The notes: a model not told the origin generated them from the sequence alone. A stretch of 64,000 bases of DNA from the human T2T-CHM13v2.0 reference genome, Homo sapiens (GCA_009914755.4 CP068257.2:5984001-6048000); one strand, 5' to 3'. Counted from the first letter of the stretch, positions 15,001 to 31,026 are shown. Program-made: numbers and translations.

Positions 15001-18000
15001 TGTCTATTCCATTCGAGTACATTCCATTTGAATCAATTCCATTCCATTCCATTCCATTCCATTCCATTCCATTCCATTCCATTCCATTCCTCTCAATTCC
15101 ATTCAATTCCATTCCATTCAAGACTCTTCCATTCCAAACCATTCTATTCGAATCCATTCCGGTAGATTCCATTCCATTCAATTCTATTACTTTCGATTCC
15201 ATACCATTCGAGTCCATTCCTTTCCAGTCCATTATAATCGAGTCCATTTCATTCAAATCCATTCCACTCCATTTGATTCCATTCCATTCGATCCCATTGC
15301 ACTCAATTCCATTCATTTCGATTCCATTCTATTCAACACTGTTCCACTCCTCTCCATTCCTTTCTAGTCCATTCCATTATAGTCCATTCAATTCTAGTGA
15401 ATTCCGTTCTATTCTATTGTATTTCATTCCATTCCCTTCCTTTCATTTCCATTCCATTCCATTCCATTCCATTCCATTCCATTCCATTCCATTGCGTTCT
15501 ATTCCATTCCATTCAATTCTATTCCATTCCATCCCATCCCATTCCGTACCATTCGATTACATTCCATTCGATTCCATTCTATTCAACAAAGTTGCGTTCC
15601 CGTCCATTCTATTCATGTCCATTTGATTCGGTTACATTCCTTTTGATTCCACTCCTTCCTATTCCCTTCCATTCGATTCTATTGCATTGCTGTTCGTTAT
15701 ATTCGATTCCATTCCATACCATTGCAGTCCATTCCATTCTATTTGATTCCGTTCCATTTGATCCCATTCCACTCAATAATATTCTATTAGATTCCCTTCC
15801 ATTCGAGTCCATTCGATTCCATACTATTCCATTCCATTGGTTTCCATTCAATTCCATTCCATTCGAGTCCATTCCACTACAGTACATCACATTCAAGTCT
15901 TTTCCATTCCATTCCATTGCATTCCATTCCATTCCTTCCATTTACATTTTATTCCATTCCATTCCATTCCATTCCAATCGATTCCATTCCATTTCTTTCC
16001 TTTTGATTCCATTTCATTCTGTTCCATTCCATACCATTCCATTCCATTCCATACCATTCCATTCCATTCCATTCCATTAGAATCCATTCCAGTAGATTCC
16101 TTTCCATTCAATGCAATTTCGTTCGAGAAAGATGCATTCTTTTCTATTCCATTCATGTACATTCAATTTGATTTCATTCCATTCAATTCTATTCCTAACT
16201 ATTTTATTCCAGTCAAGTCCATCCCATTCCAGTCCATTACGTTCGAGTGTTTTCCATTCCATTGGTTTCCATTCTATTCAATTCCATTCCTTTCAATTTC
16301 ATTTTATTTGATTCCATTCCTTTTGAGACCTTTCTATTCCAGTGTTCTCCTTTTGAATCCATTACTTTCCAGTCCACTCCATTTTATTCCATTCCATTGG
16401 AATCCATTCCAATGGCGTCCTTTACATTCGAGTCCATTCCATTCGAGTCCATTTCATTCGAGTCCATTCCATTGCAGTCTATTACGTTCGATTTCATTCC
16501 ATTCAATTCCATTGTATTCAACTCCATTCCATTCCATTTGACACCATTCCATTCGAGTCCATTCCATTCGAGGCCATTCCATTCCAGTCGAGTACATTTG
16601 AGTCCATTCCATTCCACTCCATTGCATTCCATTCCATTTCATGCATTTCCATTCTATTCCATTCCATTCCATTCCATTCCATTCCATTCGTTTCCATTCC
16701 ATTTCATTCCTTTTGATTCCATTCCATTCTATTCCATCCCATTACATTCGATTCCATTCCTTTCAATTCCATTCCATTCAATGCCTCTCCATTCGAGAAA
16801 GTTGCATTCTTTTCCATTCCATTCATGATCATTCGATTCGATTCCATTCCATTCTATTCCATTCCATTCGATTTTATTCCAGTTGAGTACATTCCAATCC
16901 AGTCCATTTTTTTCGAGTGTTTTCCATTGCATTCAATTCCATTCCTTTCCATTTCATTCCGTTTTATTCCAATCCATTCAAGACAATTCTATTCCAGTCT
17001 ACTCCATTTGAATCCATTCCATTACAGTCCACTCCATTTGAATGCATTCCATTGGAATCCATTCCAATGCATTCAATTTCATTCGAGTCCATTCCATTCG
17101 AGTCCTTTCCACTCGACTACCTTCCATTCCAGTCCATTACGTTCGATTTCATTTCAATCAGTTCCATTCTATTCCATTCCATTCCATTTCATTTGACAGC
17201 TTTCCATTAGAGGTCATTCCATTCCAGTCCATTACATTCAATTCCATTCCATGCCATTTCCTTGCATTCCAGTGCATTCCCTTCCTTTCATATCCATTCT
17301 ATTCCATTCCATTCCTTTCCATTCGTTTCCATTCCGCTTCATTCCTTGTGATTCCATTCCATTCCATTGTATTCCATTCCATCCCATTCCATTCCACTCT
17401 ATTCCATTCCATTCAATTCCATTCCATTGAATGCCATTCCACTCGAGAAAGTGTCATTCTTGTCCATTCCATTCATGTGCATTTGATTTGATTCCTTTCC
17501 TTTTGATTCTATTCCATTCGATTTTATTCCAGTGGATTCCATTCCATTCCAATCCATTACGTTCGTGTTTTCCATTCCATTCCATTCTATTCCATTCCAT
17601 TCCACTCCATTCCTTTCCATTTCACTCCATTCAATTCCATTCCATTCGAGACCGTTCTATTCCAGGCAACTCCTTTTGAATCCCTTCCATTCCAGTCCAC
17701 TCCATTTGATTGCATTCCACTGGAGTCCATTCCTATGGATTCAATTTCTTTCAACTCCATTCCATTCCAGTCCATCTCATTCGAGGCCATTTTATTCCCA
17801 TCCATTACATTCGAGTAAATTCCATTTCATTCAATTCAATTCCGTTTAATTCCAGTTCATTCCATTCAATTCAATTCTATTCCATTCGACTCCTTTCCAT
17901 TCGATTCCATTGCTTGCCAATCCATTTCATTCCATTCCATTCAATAACATTCAATTTGGTTCGATTCCATTCCATTCCATTCCATTCCATTCCATTCCAT

Positions 18001-21000
18001 TTCATTCCATTCCTTTCCATTCCGTTCGATTTCATTTCATTCCATTCCATTCCATTCTATTCCGTTCCATTCCATTCCATTCCATTCCATTTAATTCGAT
18101 TCCATTCCATTCAATTCCATTCCATTCATTTCCATTCCATTCCATTCGTGTCCATTCCGTTTGAGTCCATTCCATTCCATTTCATTCCATTCCATTCCTT
18201 CCCTTTCCATTCAATTGGATTCTGTTCCATTCGATTACATTCCGTTCAAATACATTGCTTTTGAGTCCATTCCTTTCGATTACATTCATTTCCATTGAAT
18301 TCCATTCCATTCCTTTCCATTCCATTCGATTCCTTTTGATTCCATTCATTTCGATTCCATTCCAATCGATTCCATTACATAAGATTTGATTCCATTTCAT
18401 TTGGTTCCACTTCATTCAATTCCATTCCATTTGAGTACGTTCGATTCGAATCCATTCAGTTACAGTCGATTGCATTTGATTCCATTCCATTCCATTCCAT
18501 TCCTCTCAATTCCGTTCCTTTCTATTCGATTCAATTCCATTCCATTGCATTCAAATCCATTCCATTTGAGACCGTACCTTTGCAATCCATTCCACTCGAG
18601 TTCATTCCATTCAACTCCATTCCATGCGTTTCCATTCTAATAGATTACCTTCCATTCGATTGCATTCCTTTCGAGTCCATTCCAATGGAGTCCATTCCAT
18701 TCGAGTCCATTCCATTCCAGGACATTCCATTAGAGTCCGTTCCATTCGAGTCCATTCCATTCCAGTGCATTCCATTCGTGTCAATTCCATTCGACTGCAT
18801 TGCCATTCAGTCCATTACATTTGAGTCCCTTCCTTTCCGTTCCGTTCCATTCTGTTCCAGTAGAGTGTATTCCATTCAAATCCATTCCATTACATAACAT
18901 TCCAGTAAATTCCATTTGACTCCATTCCCTTCGAGCCCATTCCATTCCATTCCATTCCGTTCAAGTCCATTCCATTCCATTCTATTCCATTCGATTCCAA
19001 TCCATTCCATTTGATTCCATTCCATTCGAGTCCATTCCATTCGAGTCCATTCCATTCAGGTTCATTGCATTTCAGTCCATTACATTCCAGTCCATTCCAT
19101 TGCATTCCATTCCATTCGTTTCCATTCCTTTCTATTGTATTCCATGCCATTGCATTCCATTTGATTCCATTCCTTTCCTTTCCATTCCATTTCATTCAAT
19201 TCAATTCTTTACCATTCCTTTCCATTTCATTCGTGTCCTTTCAATTCCATTCCGTTCCATTCCATTCCATTCAATTCAATTCCATTCCTTTCTATTCCTT
19301 TCGATTCCATTCCCTTCAAGTCTTTTCCATTCCATTACCATTAATTCCATTCCATTCCGTTACATTCGATTCCATTCCATTCGATTCAATTCCATTCTAT
19401 TCCACTCCTTTTGATTCCATTCCGTTCCATTCCTTTGCATTCCATTCCTTTCCGTTCCATTCCATTCAATTTTATTCCATTCCTTTCTATTTCATTACAT
19501 TCCATTCTGTTCAATTCCACTCCATTCCATTCCGTTCCATTCCATTTGATTCCATTCGATTCCATTGAATTCCATTCCCTTCGTTTCCATTCCATTCCAT
19601 TGCATGCCATTTCAGTCCATTCCATTCCTTTCCGTTCGCTTCCATTGCATTCGAGTTCATTCCATTCGAGTCCATTTCATTTTGGTCCATTACATTCGAG
19701 TCTATTCCATTCCATTTCACTCCATTCCATTCTATTTCATTCCCTTCCATTGCATTATATTCAATTCCATTCAATTCGATTCCATTCCTTTGAAGTCCGT
19801 TCCATTCCATTTGATTCCATTCCATTCCATTCCATTCCATTCCATTCGAGACCGTTCCATTCCAGTCAATTTAATTCGAGTCTATTCGGTTTGATTCCAT
19901 TCCATTAGATTCCATTCCATTCGATTCCACTCCATTAGATTCTATTCCATTTGTTTTCATTCCATTTTATTTCATTCCATTCGACACCATTCCATTCCAT
20001 TCCATTTGAGTCCATTTGATTCTAGTCCGTTACATTCGAGCCCATTGTATTGAAATCCTGTCCATTCAATTCCATTCGATTCCATTCCATTTCATTCCAT
20101 TCCATTCAATTCCATTCCTTTCAATTCTTTTCCATTCGAGACCGTTCCATTCCAGTCCATTCCTTTCAAGTCCATTCCATTCCAGTCTACTCTATTCCAT
20201 TACATTAAATTCAATTCCAATCTTTTCCATTCCATTCAATTCCATTGCTTTCGTATCCATTCCATTCGAGACAGTTCCATTACAGTCCATTCCTTTCGAG
20301 TCCATTTCCATTCCAGTCCATTCCATTATATTCCATTCCATTTGATTCCACTCCATTCACTTACATTCCTCTTTAGGCCATTCCATTCGAGTCCATTCCT
20401 TTCCAGTCCATTCCATTCGAGTTCTTTCCTTTACACTCCATTACATTCCAGTCCATTCCATTCGATTCCATTTTATTTCATTCCATCCCGTCTATTCCAT
20501 AACTTTCGATTGCATTCCATTTGAGTCCATTCCATTTGTGTCCATTCCATTTGAGTCCATTCCATTCGAATACATTCCACTCGAGTCCATTCCATTCGAG
20601 ACCACTCCATTCTATTCCATTCCATTCTACTCCATTCCATTTGATTCCATTCCATTCCATTCCATTTCATTCCATTCTATTCCATTCCATTTCATTCCAT
20701 TCTATTCCATTCCATTCCTTTGGATTCCATTCAATTCCATTCCATTCGATTCCATTGCATTCAAGTCGTTTCCGTTCAATTCCATTCTATTCCACTCCAT
20801 TCCATTCCACTCTTTTTGATTCAATTCCATCCGATTCCATTCCATGCGTTTCCATTACATTTGATTTGATTGTATTCCATTCTATGCCTTTCCATTCGAT
20901 TCCATTCCATTTGATTAGATTCCATTACAGTCCTTTCCATTCCAGTCCATTCTGATACAGTCCATTCCATTGGAGTCCATTCCCTTCCATTCCATTCTGT

Positions 21001-24000
21001 TCTATTCCTTTCTTTTCAATTCGATTCCATTCCATTTTTTTGGATTCCATACCATTGGATTCCATTTCATTCCATTCCATTTTGTTCGATTCTATTCCAA
21101 TCGATTCCATTCCATTCATGTCCATTCCATGCTGTTCCATTCGATTCCCTTCCTTTGCACTCCATTCCATTCCTATCCATTCCATTCGAATTCATTCTGT
21201 TACATTCCATTCCATTCAAGACAGTTGCATTCCAGTCCATTCTATTAATGTCCATTCTATTCGATTCCATCCCATTCTATTCCAATCCATTCTATTCGAT
21301 TCCTTTCGAGTCCATTCCGTTCCAATCCATTGCATTCCAGTCCATTCCATTCCATTACAATTCATTCCATTCCTTTTGATTACATTCCATTCGATTCCAT
21401 TCCATTTGATTCTATTCCATTTGAGACCTTTGCATTCCAGTCCCTTCCTTTTGTGTACATTCCATTCCACTCCATTCCATTCTATACATTGCCTCTCCAT
21501 TCCAGTCCATTCCATTCGAATCTTTTCCAGTCCATTCCAATTCACTCCATTCCTTTCCACTCCATTCAATTCCATTCCATTTTGTTCGATTCCATTTCAT
21601 TCCAGTCCATTCCATTCGAAACATTTCCATTCCAATCAGTTTGATTCTATTTCATTCCTTTCTGTTAAGTTTGATTCCATTCAGTGCCATTCTATTCCAT
21701 TCCATTCCATTCCATTCGATTCCATTCCATTCCATTCCATTACCTTTCATTAAATTATGTTCCATTCCATGCCAATCCATTCGATTCATTTTGATTCAAT
21801 TTCATTCCATTCGATTCCATTCCGTTCAATTCAATTTCATTCAAGTCCATTCTTTTCAATTCCAATACATTCACGTCCATTTTATTTGAGTCGGTTCCAT
21901 TCCTGTCAATTCAATTCGAGTTGATTCCATTGGAGTGCATTGAATTCGAGTCCATTCAATTCCAGACCATTCCATTAGATTCCCTTCCTTTTGATTCCAT
22001 TCCACTCCATTCCATTCCATTCCATTCCATTCCATTCCATTCGAATCGATTTCATTCCATTCCATTGCATTTCATTCCATTCGAGACCGTTCCATTCGAG
22101 TCCATTCCATTCCAGTCCATTCTATTTGATTCCATTCCATTCGATTCCATTCCATTCCAGTGCATCCCTTTCAATTGCATTCCATTCTTTTCCATTCCAT
22201 TCCTTTCCCTTCCATTCGATTCTTTTGCATTCTATTTCATTCCGTTAGATTCCATTACCTTCCTTTCCATTCCATTCTATTCCGTTTCATTCAATTAAAT
22301 TCCATTTCATTCCATTCTATTGTATTCTATTATATTCCATTCAGTTAAAATTCCATTTCATTCAATTCCTTTTGAATGCATTCAATCCCACTCCATTCCA
22401 TTCCATTGGATTCCATTCCATTCAAATCCATTCCATTTAATTGCGTTCCATTAGAGTCCTTTCCATTGGAGAGTATTCCATTCGAGTGCATTCCGTTCGA
22501 CTCTATTCCATTCCATTCGAGTGCATTCCGTTCGACTCTATTCCATTCCATTCGCTTCCATTCCTTTCGATTGCATTCCTTTCGGGTCCATTCCGTTGGA
22601 GTCCATTCCATTCCAGTCGATTCCATTTGACTCCTTTCCATTGCAGTCCATTCCCTTCCAGTCCATTCCATTGCATTCCACTCCATTCGATTATATTACA
22701 TTTGATTCCTTTCCATTCGTTTGCATTCCTTTCGAGTCCATTCCATTGGAGACCATTCCATTCGAGTCCTTTCCATTTGAGACAATTCGAATCCATTCCA
22801 TTCGAGTCCATTCCATTCGAGTCCATTCCATTCCAGTCCATTTCATTCGATTCCATTCCATTCCATTGCATTCCATTTCATTCAATATAATTACTTTCCA
22901 TTTCATTCAACAACTATCCATTCTAGTCCATTCCATTCGAGTTCATTCCATTTCAGTCGATTCCATTCCATTCAATTCCTTTCCATTCGATTGCATTTCA
23001 TTCTATTCCATTCCAAAGTAGTCCATTCCAGTTGAGTCCATCAGATTACATTCGATTTGATTCCATTCCTTTCGATTCCTTTACATTCTATTGCATTCCA
23101 TTCGATTCCATTCCAATAGAGTCCATTCCATTCAAGTCCACCCCATTTGTGTCCATTGCATTCCATGCTATCACATTTGATTCCATTCCATTCCATTACT
23201 TTCCATTCCGTTTGAGTCAATTCCCTTCGAGTCTATGGCATTCCAGTCCATTACATTGGTGTTCATTCAATTCCATTCCATTCCTTTATATTACATTGCA
23301 TGCAATTCCATTCCATTCCAGTCTATTCCATTCAAATCAATTCCATTCCATTTCATTCCATTCCATTGGATTCTACTCCATTCGATTCCAGTACGTTTGA
23401 TTCCATTCCATGCCATTCCATTACATTCGTTTCCATTCCATTCCATTCGTTTCCATTTCATTCGATTCCATTCCATTCCTTTCAATTCCATTCCAGTAGA
23501 CTCAATTTGACTCCATTCCTTACCCTTCCATTCCAGTGGATTCCATTCCGTTCGATTCCATTCCATTTGCCTTCATTCCATTGGAGTCCATTCCATTCAA
23601 TTCCATTCAATTCCAAACCATTCCTATCGATTCCCTCCCATTCAATTCCATTCCATTCCACACCATTTGATTCTATACGATTTCATTCCATTCCATTCGA
23701 GACTGTTCCATTGATGTCTATTCCATTCGAGTCCATTCCATTCGAATCCATTCCATTCTATTCCATTCCAGTCCGTTCCATTCTGATCAATTCCATTCCA
23801 TTTCATTCCATTCCATTAGATTCTATTCCATTGGATTCCAGTACGTTTGATTCCATTCCATGCCATTCCATTACATTCATTTCCATTCCATTGCATTCCT
23901 TTCCATTTCATTCAATTCCATTCCATTCCATTCCTTTCCATTCCATTCAATTCCATTGCATTCGATTCCATTCCATTGAATTGCATTCCATTCGAGGCTG

Positions 24001-27000
24001 TTCCTTTCTAGTCCATTCCTTTTGATTCCATTCCATTCCATTCCATTCCATTCCATTCCATTCCATTCCATTCCTTTCGAATCCATTCCTTTCGAGTCCT
24101 TTACATTCCAGTCCATTCCTTTCGAGTCATTCCATTGCAGTCCTTTCCCTTCCAGTCCATTCCATTCCTTTCCACTCCATTCGCTTCCATTCCATTCGAC
24201 TGCATTTCATTCAAATCCATTCCATTGGAGACCATTCCTTTTGAGTCCATTCCATTTAAGACCATTCGAGTCCATTCCATTTGGATGCATTTCATTCGAG
24301 TCCATTCCATTCGAGTACAGTCTGTTCCTGTTCATTGCATTCAATTACTTTCCATTCCATTCCATTGCATTCCATTCCATTCTATTCCATTCCATTCCTT
24401 TCCATTCCATTCCATTCCATTCCCTTCCACTCGAGACCATTCCATTCCAGTCCATTCCATTCGTGTCCATTCCATTCCTGTCCATTCCATTCGATTCCAT
24501 CCCATTCGACTCCATTCCATTTGATTCCATTCTATTCAAGTGCATTGCATTCGGGGCCATTCCAAAGGAGTCTGTTACATTCGAGTCCGATAGATTACAT
24601 TCTAATCGATTGCATTCCATTCGATTCCTTTCCAATCGATTGCATTCCATTCGAGTCCATTCCGTTTGAATTCATTCCATTCAAGTCCATTCCATACGAG
24701 TCCATTGCATTCCAGTCCATTGCGTTCGATTCCATTGCCTTCCAGTCCATTACATTCGATTCCATTCCATTCCATTCTACTCCATTCCTTTCCATTCCTT
24801 TCCTTTCCTTTCCATTCCATTCGAGTCCATTCCCTTCAAGTCTGAGCCATTTCATTCTATTATATTCGAATCCATTCCATTCCATTCCGTTCGAGTCCAT
24901 TCCATTCAAGTCTATTACATTTGAGTCCATTCCGTCCATTCCATTCTACGTGATTCCATTCCATTCCAGTTCAATAAATTCGAATTAATTCCATTCCATT
25001 GCACTTTATTCCATCTGATTCTATTCCATTCGATTCCATTCCGTTTGATTCCAATCCTTGCCTTTCCCTGCCATTTGATTCCATTCCATTCCATATCTTC
25101 CCATTCCATTCCATTCCATTCTACTCGAGACCGTTCCATTCAAGTCCTTTAAATTCGTTCCATTCCACTCTATTCCATTCCTTTTGATTCCATTCTATTC
25201 TATTACATTCCGTTCTAGTCCATTCCATTTGTCTCTATTCCATTCGATTCCAATCCATACGAGTCTATTTCATTGGATACAGTTCCATTCCAGTCCATCC
25301 ATTTTGAGTCCATTCCATTCCACTTCAGTCCATTCTATTCCATTCGATTCCCTTCCATTTGAGTCCATTCCCATCCTTACCATTCATTGTGATTCCATTC
25401 CATTGGATTCCATTCCATTTGATTCTATTCCATTCGACTCCATTCCATTTGAGTCCATTCCATTCCAGTCCATTAATGTGAGTACATTCCACTCCATTCT
25501 AGTCCATTCCATCGAGTCCATGTCATTTCATTCCATTGCATTCCATTGCATTCCATTCCATTCCATTCCATTCCATTCCATTCCATTTGATTGCATTTCA
25601 TTTTATTCCATTCCTTTTGAGTCCATTCCATTCCAGTCCATTCCATTCGAGTCCATTCCATTCGATTCTATTGCATTCCAGTCCATTCCTTTTGATTCCA
25701 TTCCATTCGATTCCATTCCATTCGAGTCCATTCCATTCGAGTCCCTTCCTTTCGAGTCCATTCGATTACAGTCCATTCCATTCCACTCCATTCCTTTCCA
25801 TTGCATTCCATTCCATCTGATTGTGTTCCATTCGAGTCAATTCCATTCAAGTCCATTCCCTTCTAGTCATTTACATTCGAGTACATTCCAATCCTATCCA
25901 TCCATTTTGTTCCATTCCATTCGAGTCCATTCCATTCTAGTCCATTCCAATACAATCCATTACAATCGAGTCCATCCCATTATTTATGATTCCATTCCAT
26001 TACATTGCATTCGAATCCATTCCATTTGAGTCCATTCTTTCGAGTCCATTCCATTGCACTCCATTCCATAAGATTCCATCCCATTCGAGTCCATCCTACT
26101 CGATTGCATTCCATTCGAGACCATTTGGTTTAATTCCATTCCACTCGAGTCCATTCCATTCAAATCCTTTTCATTCAAGTCCATTTCATTCAAGTACATT
26201 CCATTCCAGTCCCTTATATTCGAGTATATTCCATTCCATTCGATTTCATTCCATTCCATTCCATTCTATTCTATTTGATTCCATTCCATTTCACTCCATT
26301 CCATGTGTGTCCATTTGATTCCAGTCTTTTCCTTTACAGTCCTTTACATTCGAGTCCATTGCATTCCATTCCACTCCGTTTGATTCCATTCCATTTGATT
26401 GCATTTCATTCCCTTCGAATCCATTCCATTTGATTCCATTCCATTCGATTGCATTCCTTTCAAGTCCATTCCATTGGAGTCCATTCCATTCGAGTCCATT
26501 CCATTTCAGTCCATTCCATTTGATTCGATTCCAATCCATTCCATTCTCTTCCATTCCATTCCATGCGAAACCGTTCCCTTCTAGTTCACTTCATTCAATT
26601 CCTTTCTATTAGATTCCATTCCAATCAATTGCATTCCATTCGTGTCCATTCCTTTCGAGTACATTCCATTCAAATCCATTCCATTCTAGTCCATAGCATT
26701 CCATTCCATTACATTAGAGTCCATTCCATTCCATTCCATTCTATTCTGTTCCATTGCATTCCATTGCATTCGATTCCATTCCATTCGGGTCCATTCCATT
26801 CGAGCCCATTCCATTCCATTCCATTCGAGTCCGTTTCACCCCATTCCATTCCAGGCCAGTCCATTCCATTCGGTCCCATTCTAATTGATTCCATTAAATT
26901 TGATTCGATTCGATTCCATTCCATTCCATTCCAGTCCTTTCTATTGCATTTCATTGCATTCCATTCCATTCGATTCCATTCCATTCAATTCATTTACATT

Positions 27001-30000
27001 CTGCTCGATTCCATTCCATTCAATTTGTTTCCATTGCATTCCACTCCATTCCATTCCATTGCGTTCCTTTCCATTCCATTTAATTGCATTCAATTCAATT
27101 CCATTCCATTCCAATCCATTCCATTCCATTCCATTCCATTGCATTCAATTCCATTCCATTCGACTCCAGTCCTTTGGAGTCCATTCCTTTCCATTCCATT
27201 CCATTGCATTCAATTCCATTTCATTCGACTCCAGTGCTTTGGAGTCCATTCCATTCCATTCCATTCCACTCCACTGCACTAAACTCCATTCCATCCACTC
27301 CATTTCCTTCCATTCCACTCCTTTGGAATCCATTAACTCCATTCCATTCTATTCCATTCCATTCCATTGCATTACATTCCACTCCACTCCATTACACTCC
27401 ATTCCGTTCAATTCCACTCCTTCCCCTTCCATTATATTTGACTCCATTAAACTCCACACCCCTCCTCTACATTCAATTCCATTCCACCCCATTCCATTCC
27501 AGTCTATTACACTCCACTCCACTTCACCGCAATCCATTCGATTCCATTTGGTGCCGTTCGAATCCTTTCAATTTGATTCCATTCCATTTGATTCCATTCC
27601 ATTCGATTCCATTCCATTTAATTAGATTCCACTCCATTTGATTCCATTCCATTCGATCCCTTTTCATTTGATTTCATTCCATTCGATTCTGTTACATTCG
27701 ATTCTGTTCCATTCCATTCCATTGGATTCCATTCCGTTCCGTTCCATTCCATTCAATTCCTTTCCAGTCCATTCCTTTCCAGTCCATTACAATCGATTCC
27801 ATTCAATTGAATTCAATTCCACTAGATTCCATTCCGTTCAAGTCCATTTCATTCGAGTCCATTCAATTCCAGTCCATTCCATTCGAGTTCATTCCATTTG
27901 CTTCCATTCTTTTCCATTATATTACATTACATTACATTCTATTATATTTGATTCCAATCCATTCGAGTCGATTCCATTCCAGTCTATTCCATTCGATTCC
28001 ATTCTATTGAATTCCATTCCATTTGATTCCATTACATTAGATTCCATTCCATTCTATTGCATTCCATTCGAGTTCTTTCCATTCCAATCCATTCCATTCG
28101 AGTCCACTCAATTCCAGTCCATTACGTTTGGGTCCATTCCATTTCATTCCATTCTATTCCATTCCATTCCATTCCATTCCATTCCATTCTGTCCGATTCC
28201 ATTCCATTAGATTTCATTCCATTAGATTCTTTACCGTTTATCTCCATTCCACTCAATTACATTCCATTCGATTCCATTCCATTCCATTCCATACCATTCC
28301 ATTCCATTCGATTGCATTCCTTTCTATTCCATTCCATTCGGTTCTATTGCCATCGATTCCATTCCTTTCGATTCCTTTCCTTTTTAGTCCGTTCTATTCG
28401 AGTCCATTCCATTCGAGTCCATTCTATTCTATTGGATTCCATTCGAGACCATTCCATTCCATTTCATTCCATTAGATTCCATTCCATTCAAGACTTCCAC
28501 TCGATTCCATTCCTTTTGATTCCATTCCATTTCATTCCATTCCATTGCATTCCATTTGATTGCATTCCATTCAATTCCATTCCATTAAGTTAGATTTCAT
28601 TCCATTCTATTCCATTCTATTCAATTCCTTTCCTTTCGAGTCCTTTCCATTTGAGTTCATTCTAATCAATTCCATTTCCTTCCAGTCCATTCCATTCGAT
28701 TCCTTTCCATTCGATTCTATTCCATTCGATTCCATCCCGTTCGATTCCATTCCGTTCGATTACATGCCATTTGAGTCCATCCAATTGAATCCATTCAACT
28801 TCAGTCCATTGTATTAGAATCCATTCTATTCGTGTCCATTCCATTCCATTCCATTTTATTCCATTCGAGTACCTTCCATTCAATTCCATTCCCTTTGAAT
28901 CTGTTCCATTTCAGTCCATTCCATTCGAGTCCATTCCATTCCAGTACATTTCATTCGAGTCCATTCCATTCGATTCCATTCTATTCCTTTCCATTCCATT
29001 CGATTCCATTCCATTCGATTAGATTCCATTTGGGACCGTTGTATTACACTCCATTCCATTAGAGTCTATTCCATTCCATTCCATTCCAGTCCGTTCCGTT
29101 GCATTCCACTCCATTCAATTCCATTCCCTTTGAATCTGTTCCATTTCAGTCCATTCCATTCGAGTCCTTTCCATTCCAGTACATTTCATTCGAGTCCATT
29201 CCATTCGATTCCATTCTATTACTTTCCATTCCATTTGATTCCATTCCATTCGATTAGATTCCATTTGGGACCGTTCTATTACACTGCATTCCATTAGAGT
29301 CCATTCTATTCCATTCCATTCCAGTCCATTCCATTGCATTCCACTCCAGTCAATTCCATTCCATTCAATTCCAATTCATTCCAGTCCATCCCATTCCAGT
29401 CCATTCCATTCCTTTCCTTTCCATTCCATTCCGTTCAATTCCATTCCATTCCATTCCATTCCATACCATTCCACTCCATTCCATGCCATTTCAGTCCATT
29501 CCTTTTGAGTCCATTCCGTTCCATTCCTTTCAAATCTATTCCATTCCATTCCATTCGGTTCCATTCCATGCCATTAGATTCTATTCCATTCCATTGTGTT
29601 ACATTCAATTCCATTCCATTCCATTTGAATCCATTCCACTATATTCCATTCCATTCCCTTCCCTTCCTTTCGATTTCATTCCATTTGATTTGATTCGATT
29701 CCTTTCCATTCCAATCCATTCCATTCCATTAAATTCTATTCCATTCCATTCGATTCCATTTCATTCGATTCAATTCCATTCGATTCCATTCCACTCCAGG
29801 CCATTTCATTTGAGTCCGTTCCATTCCATTAAATTCTATTCCATTCTATTCCACTCCATTCCATTCCATTCTTTTCCATTCCATTCCTTTCCTTTCAGGA
29901 CCATTCCATTCCTTTCCATTCCATTCGATTCCATTCCATTCCATTTGATTCCATTCTGTTCATTTCCATTCCATTCGATTGCATTCCATTCCAGTCCATT

Positions 30001-30250
30001 CCATTCGAGTCCATTCCATTTCTATTCCTTTCATTTCCATTCCTTTCCATTCGAGTCCATTCCATTCCACTCGATTCTATTCCATGTGATTCCATTGCAT
30101 TCCAGACCGTTCCATTCCGTTCCATTCAATTCGAGTCCATTCCATTCGATTACATTTCATTAGATTCCATTTCATTCGATTCCATTCCATTCGAGTCCAT
30201 TCCATTCCATTCCATTCCAGTCCATTCCATTCGAATCCATTCTCTTCTAT
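1..30250. repeat. Classical satellite III (HSat3), (GGAAT)n family, seen as the (ATTCC/CATTC)n strand
   Basis: Near-continuous pentamer periodicity 'CCATT/ATTCC' with diverged 'CATTCGAGTCC'-type variants. Only the C/T-rich strand appears on +, with no inversions. Every ORF in the track here translates to IPFHS/MEWNG low-complexity peptides. Confidence 0.9.
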
Positions 30251-30573
30251 TCCATTCCATTCCATACCGCTCCGTTCTACTTTACTCCACTCCACCACAC
30301 TAAATTCCATTATATCCAACTCCATTCCATGCCATTCCACTCCTCTCCTCTGCACTGCACTCCACAGCGCTCCATTCCACTCCATCCCATTCTATTCTGC
30401 TCCATTCCACTGCAATCTTCTCCACCCCACTCATCTCCACTTCATTCCATTCCATTCCATTCCATCTCATTGCATGCGTCTCCATTCTAGTCAACTCTAC
30501 TTCACCCCACTCTTCTCCACTTCAGTCCACTCCATTCGATTCCATTCCATTTCCCTGCATTCTGTTCTATTCC

Positions 30574-30637
30574 TTTCTTTTGAAAGTATCTCACTCTGTC
30601 ACCCAGCCTGCAGCGCAGTGGCACAATCTCAGCTCAC
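30574..30637 (-). mobile_element. Alu 3'-end fragment (antisense, includes poly-A remnant), class A
   Basis: 'ctttcttttgaaagtatctcactctgtcacccagcctgcagcgcagtggcacaatctcagctcac' is the reverse complement of the Alu right-monomer terminus 'GTGAGCCGAGATCGCGCCACTGCACTCCAGCCTGGGCGACAGAGCGAGACTC..AAAA'. Confidence 0.8.
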
Positions 30638-30834
30638 ATTTCATTTCATCATTCCATTGCATTCCATTCCACTCTATTCCACTCTACTCCACTCCACTCC
30701 AATCCATTCCACTCCACTCCACTCCAGTCCATTCCACTCCACTCCTTTCCATTCCATCCCATTTCATTCCACTCCTTTCCACTCCACACCAATCCTCCCC
30801 ACTCCATTCCATTCCACTCCTTTCCTTTCCATTC

Positions 30835-30898
30835 CTTTCTTTTGACAGGATCTCACTCTGTCACCAAGACTTGTGTGCAGTGGCAGAATCTCATCTCA
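30835..30898 (-). mobile_element. Alu 3'-end fragment (antisense), class B
   Basis: 'tttgacaggatctcactctgtcaccaagacttgtgtgcagtggcagaatctcatctca'. Confidence 0.75.
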
Positions 30899-31026
30899 TA
30901 TTTTACTTCACCATTTCATTCCATTCCATTCTGTTCCACTGCACTCCACTCCACTCCACTGAATTCTACTCCACTCCACTCCAATCGATTCCTTTCCATT
31001 CCATTCCAATCCCTTCCATTCCACTC

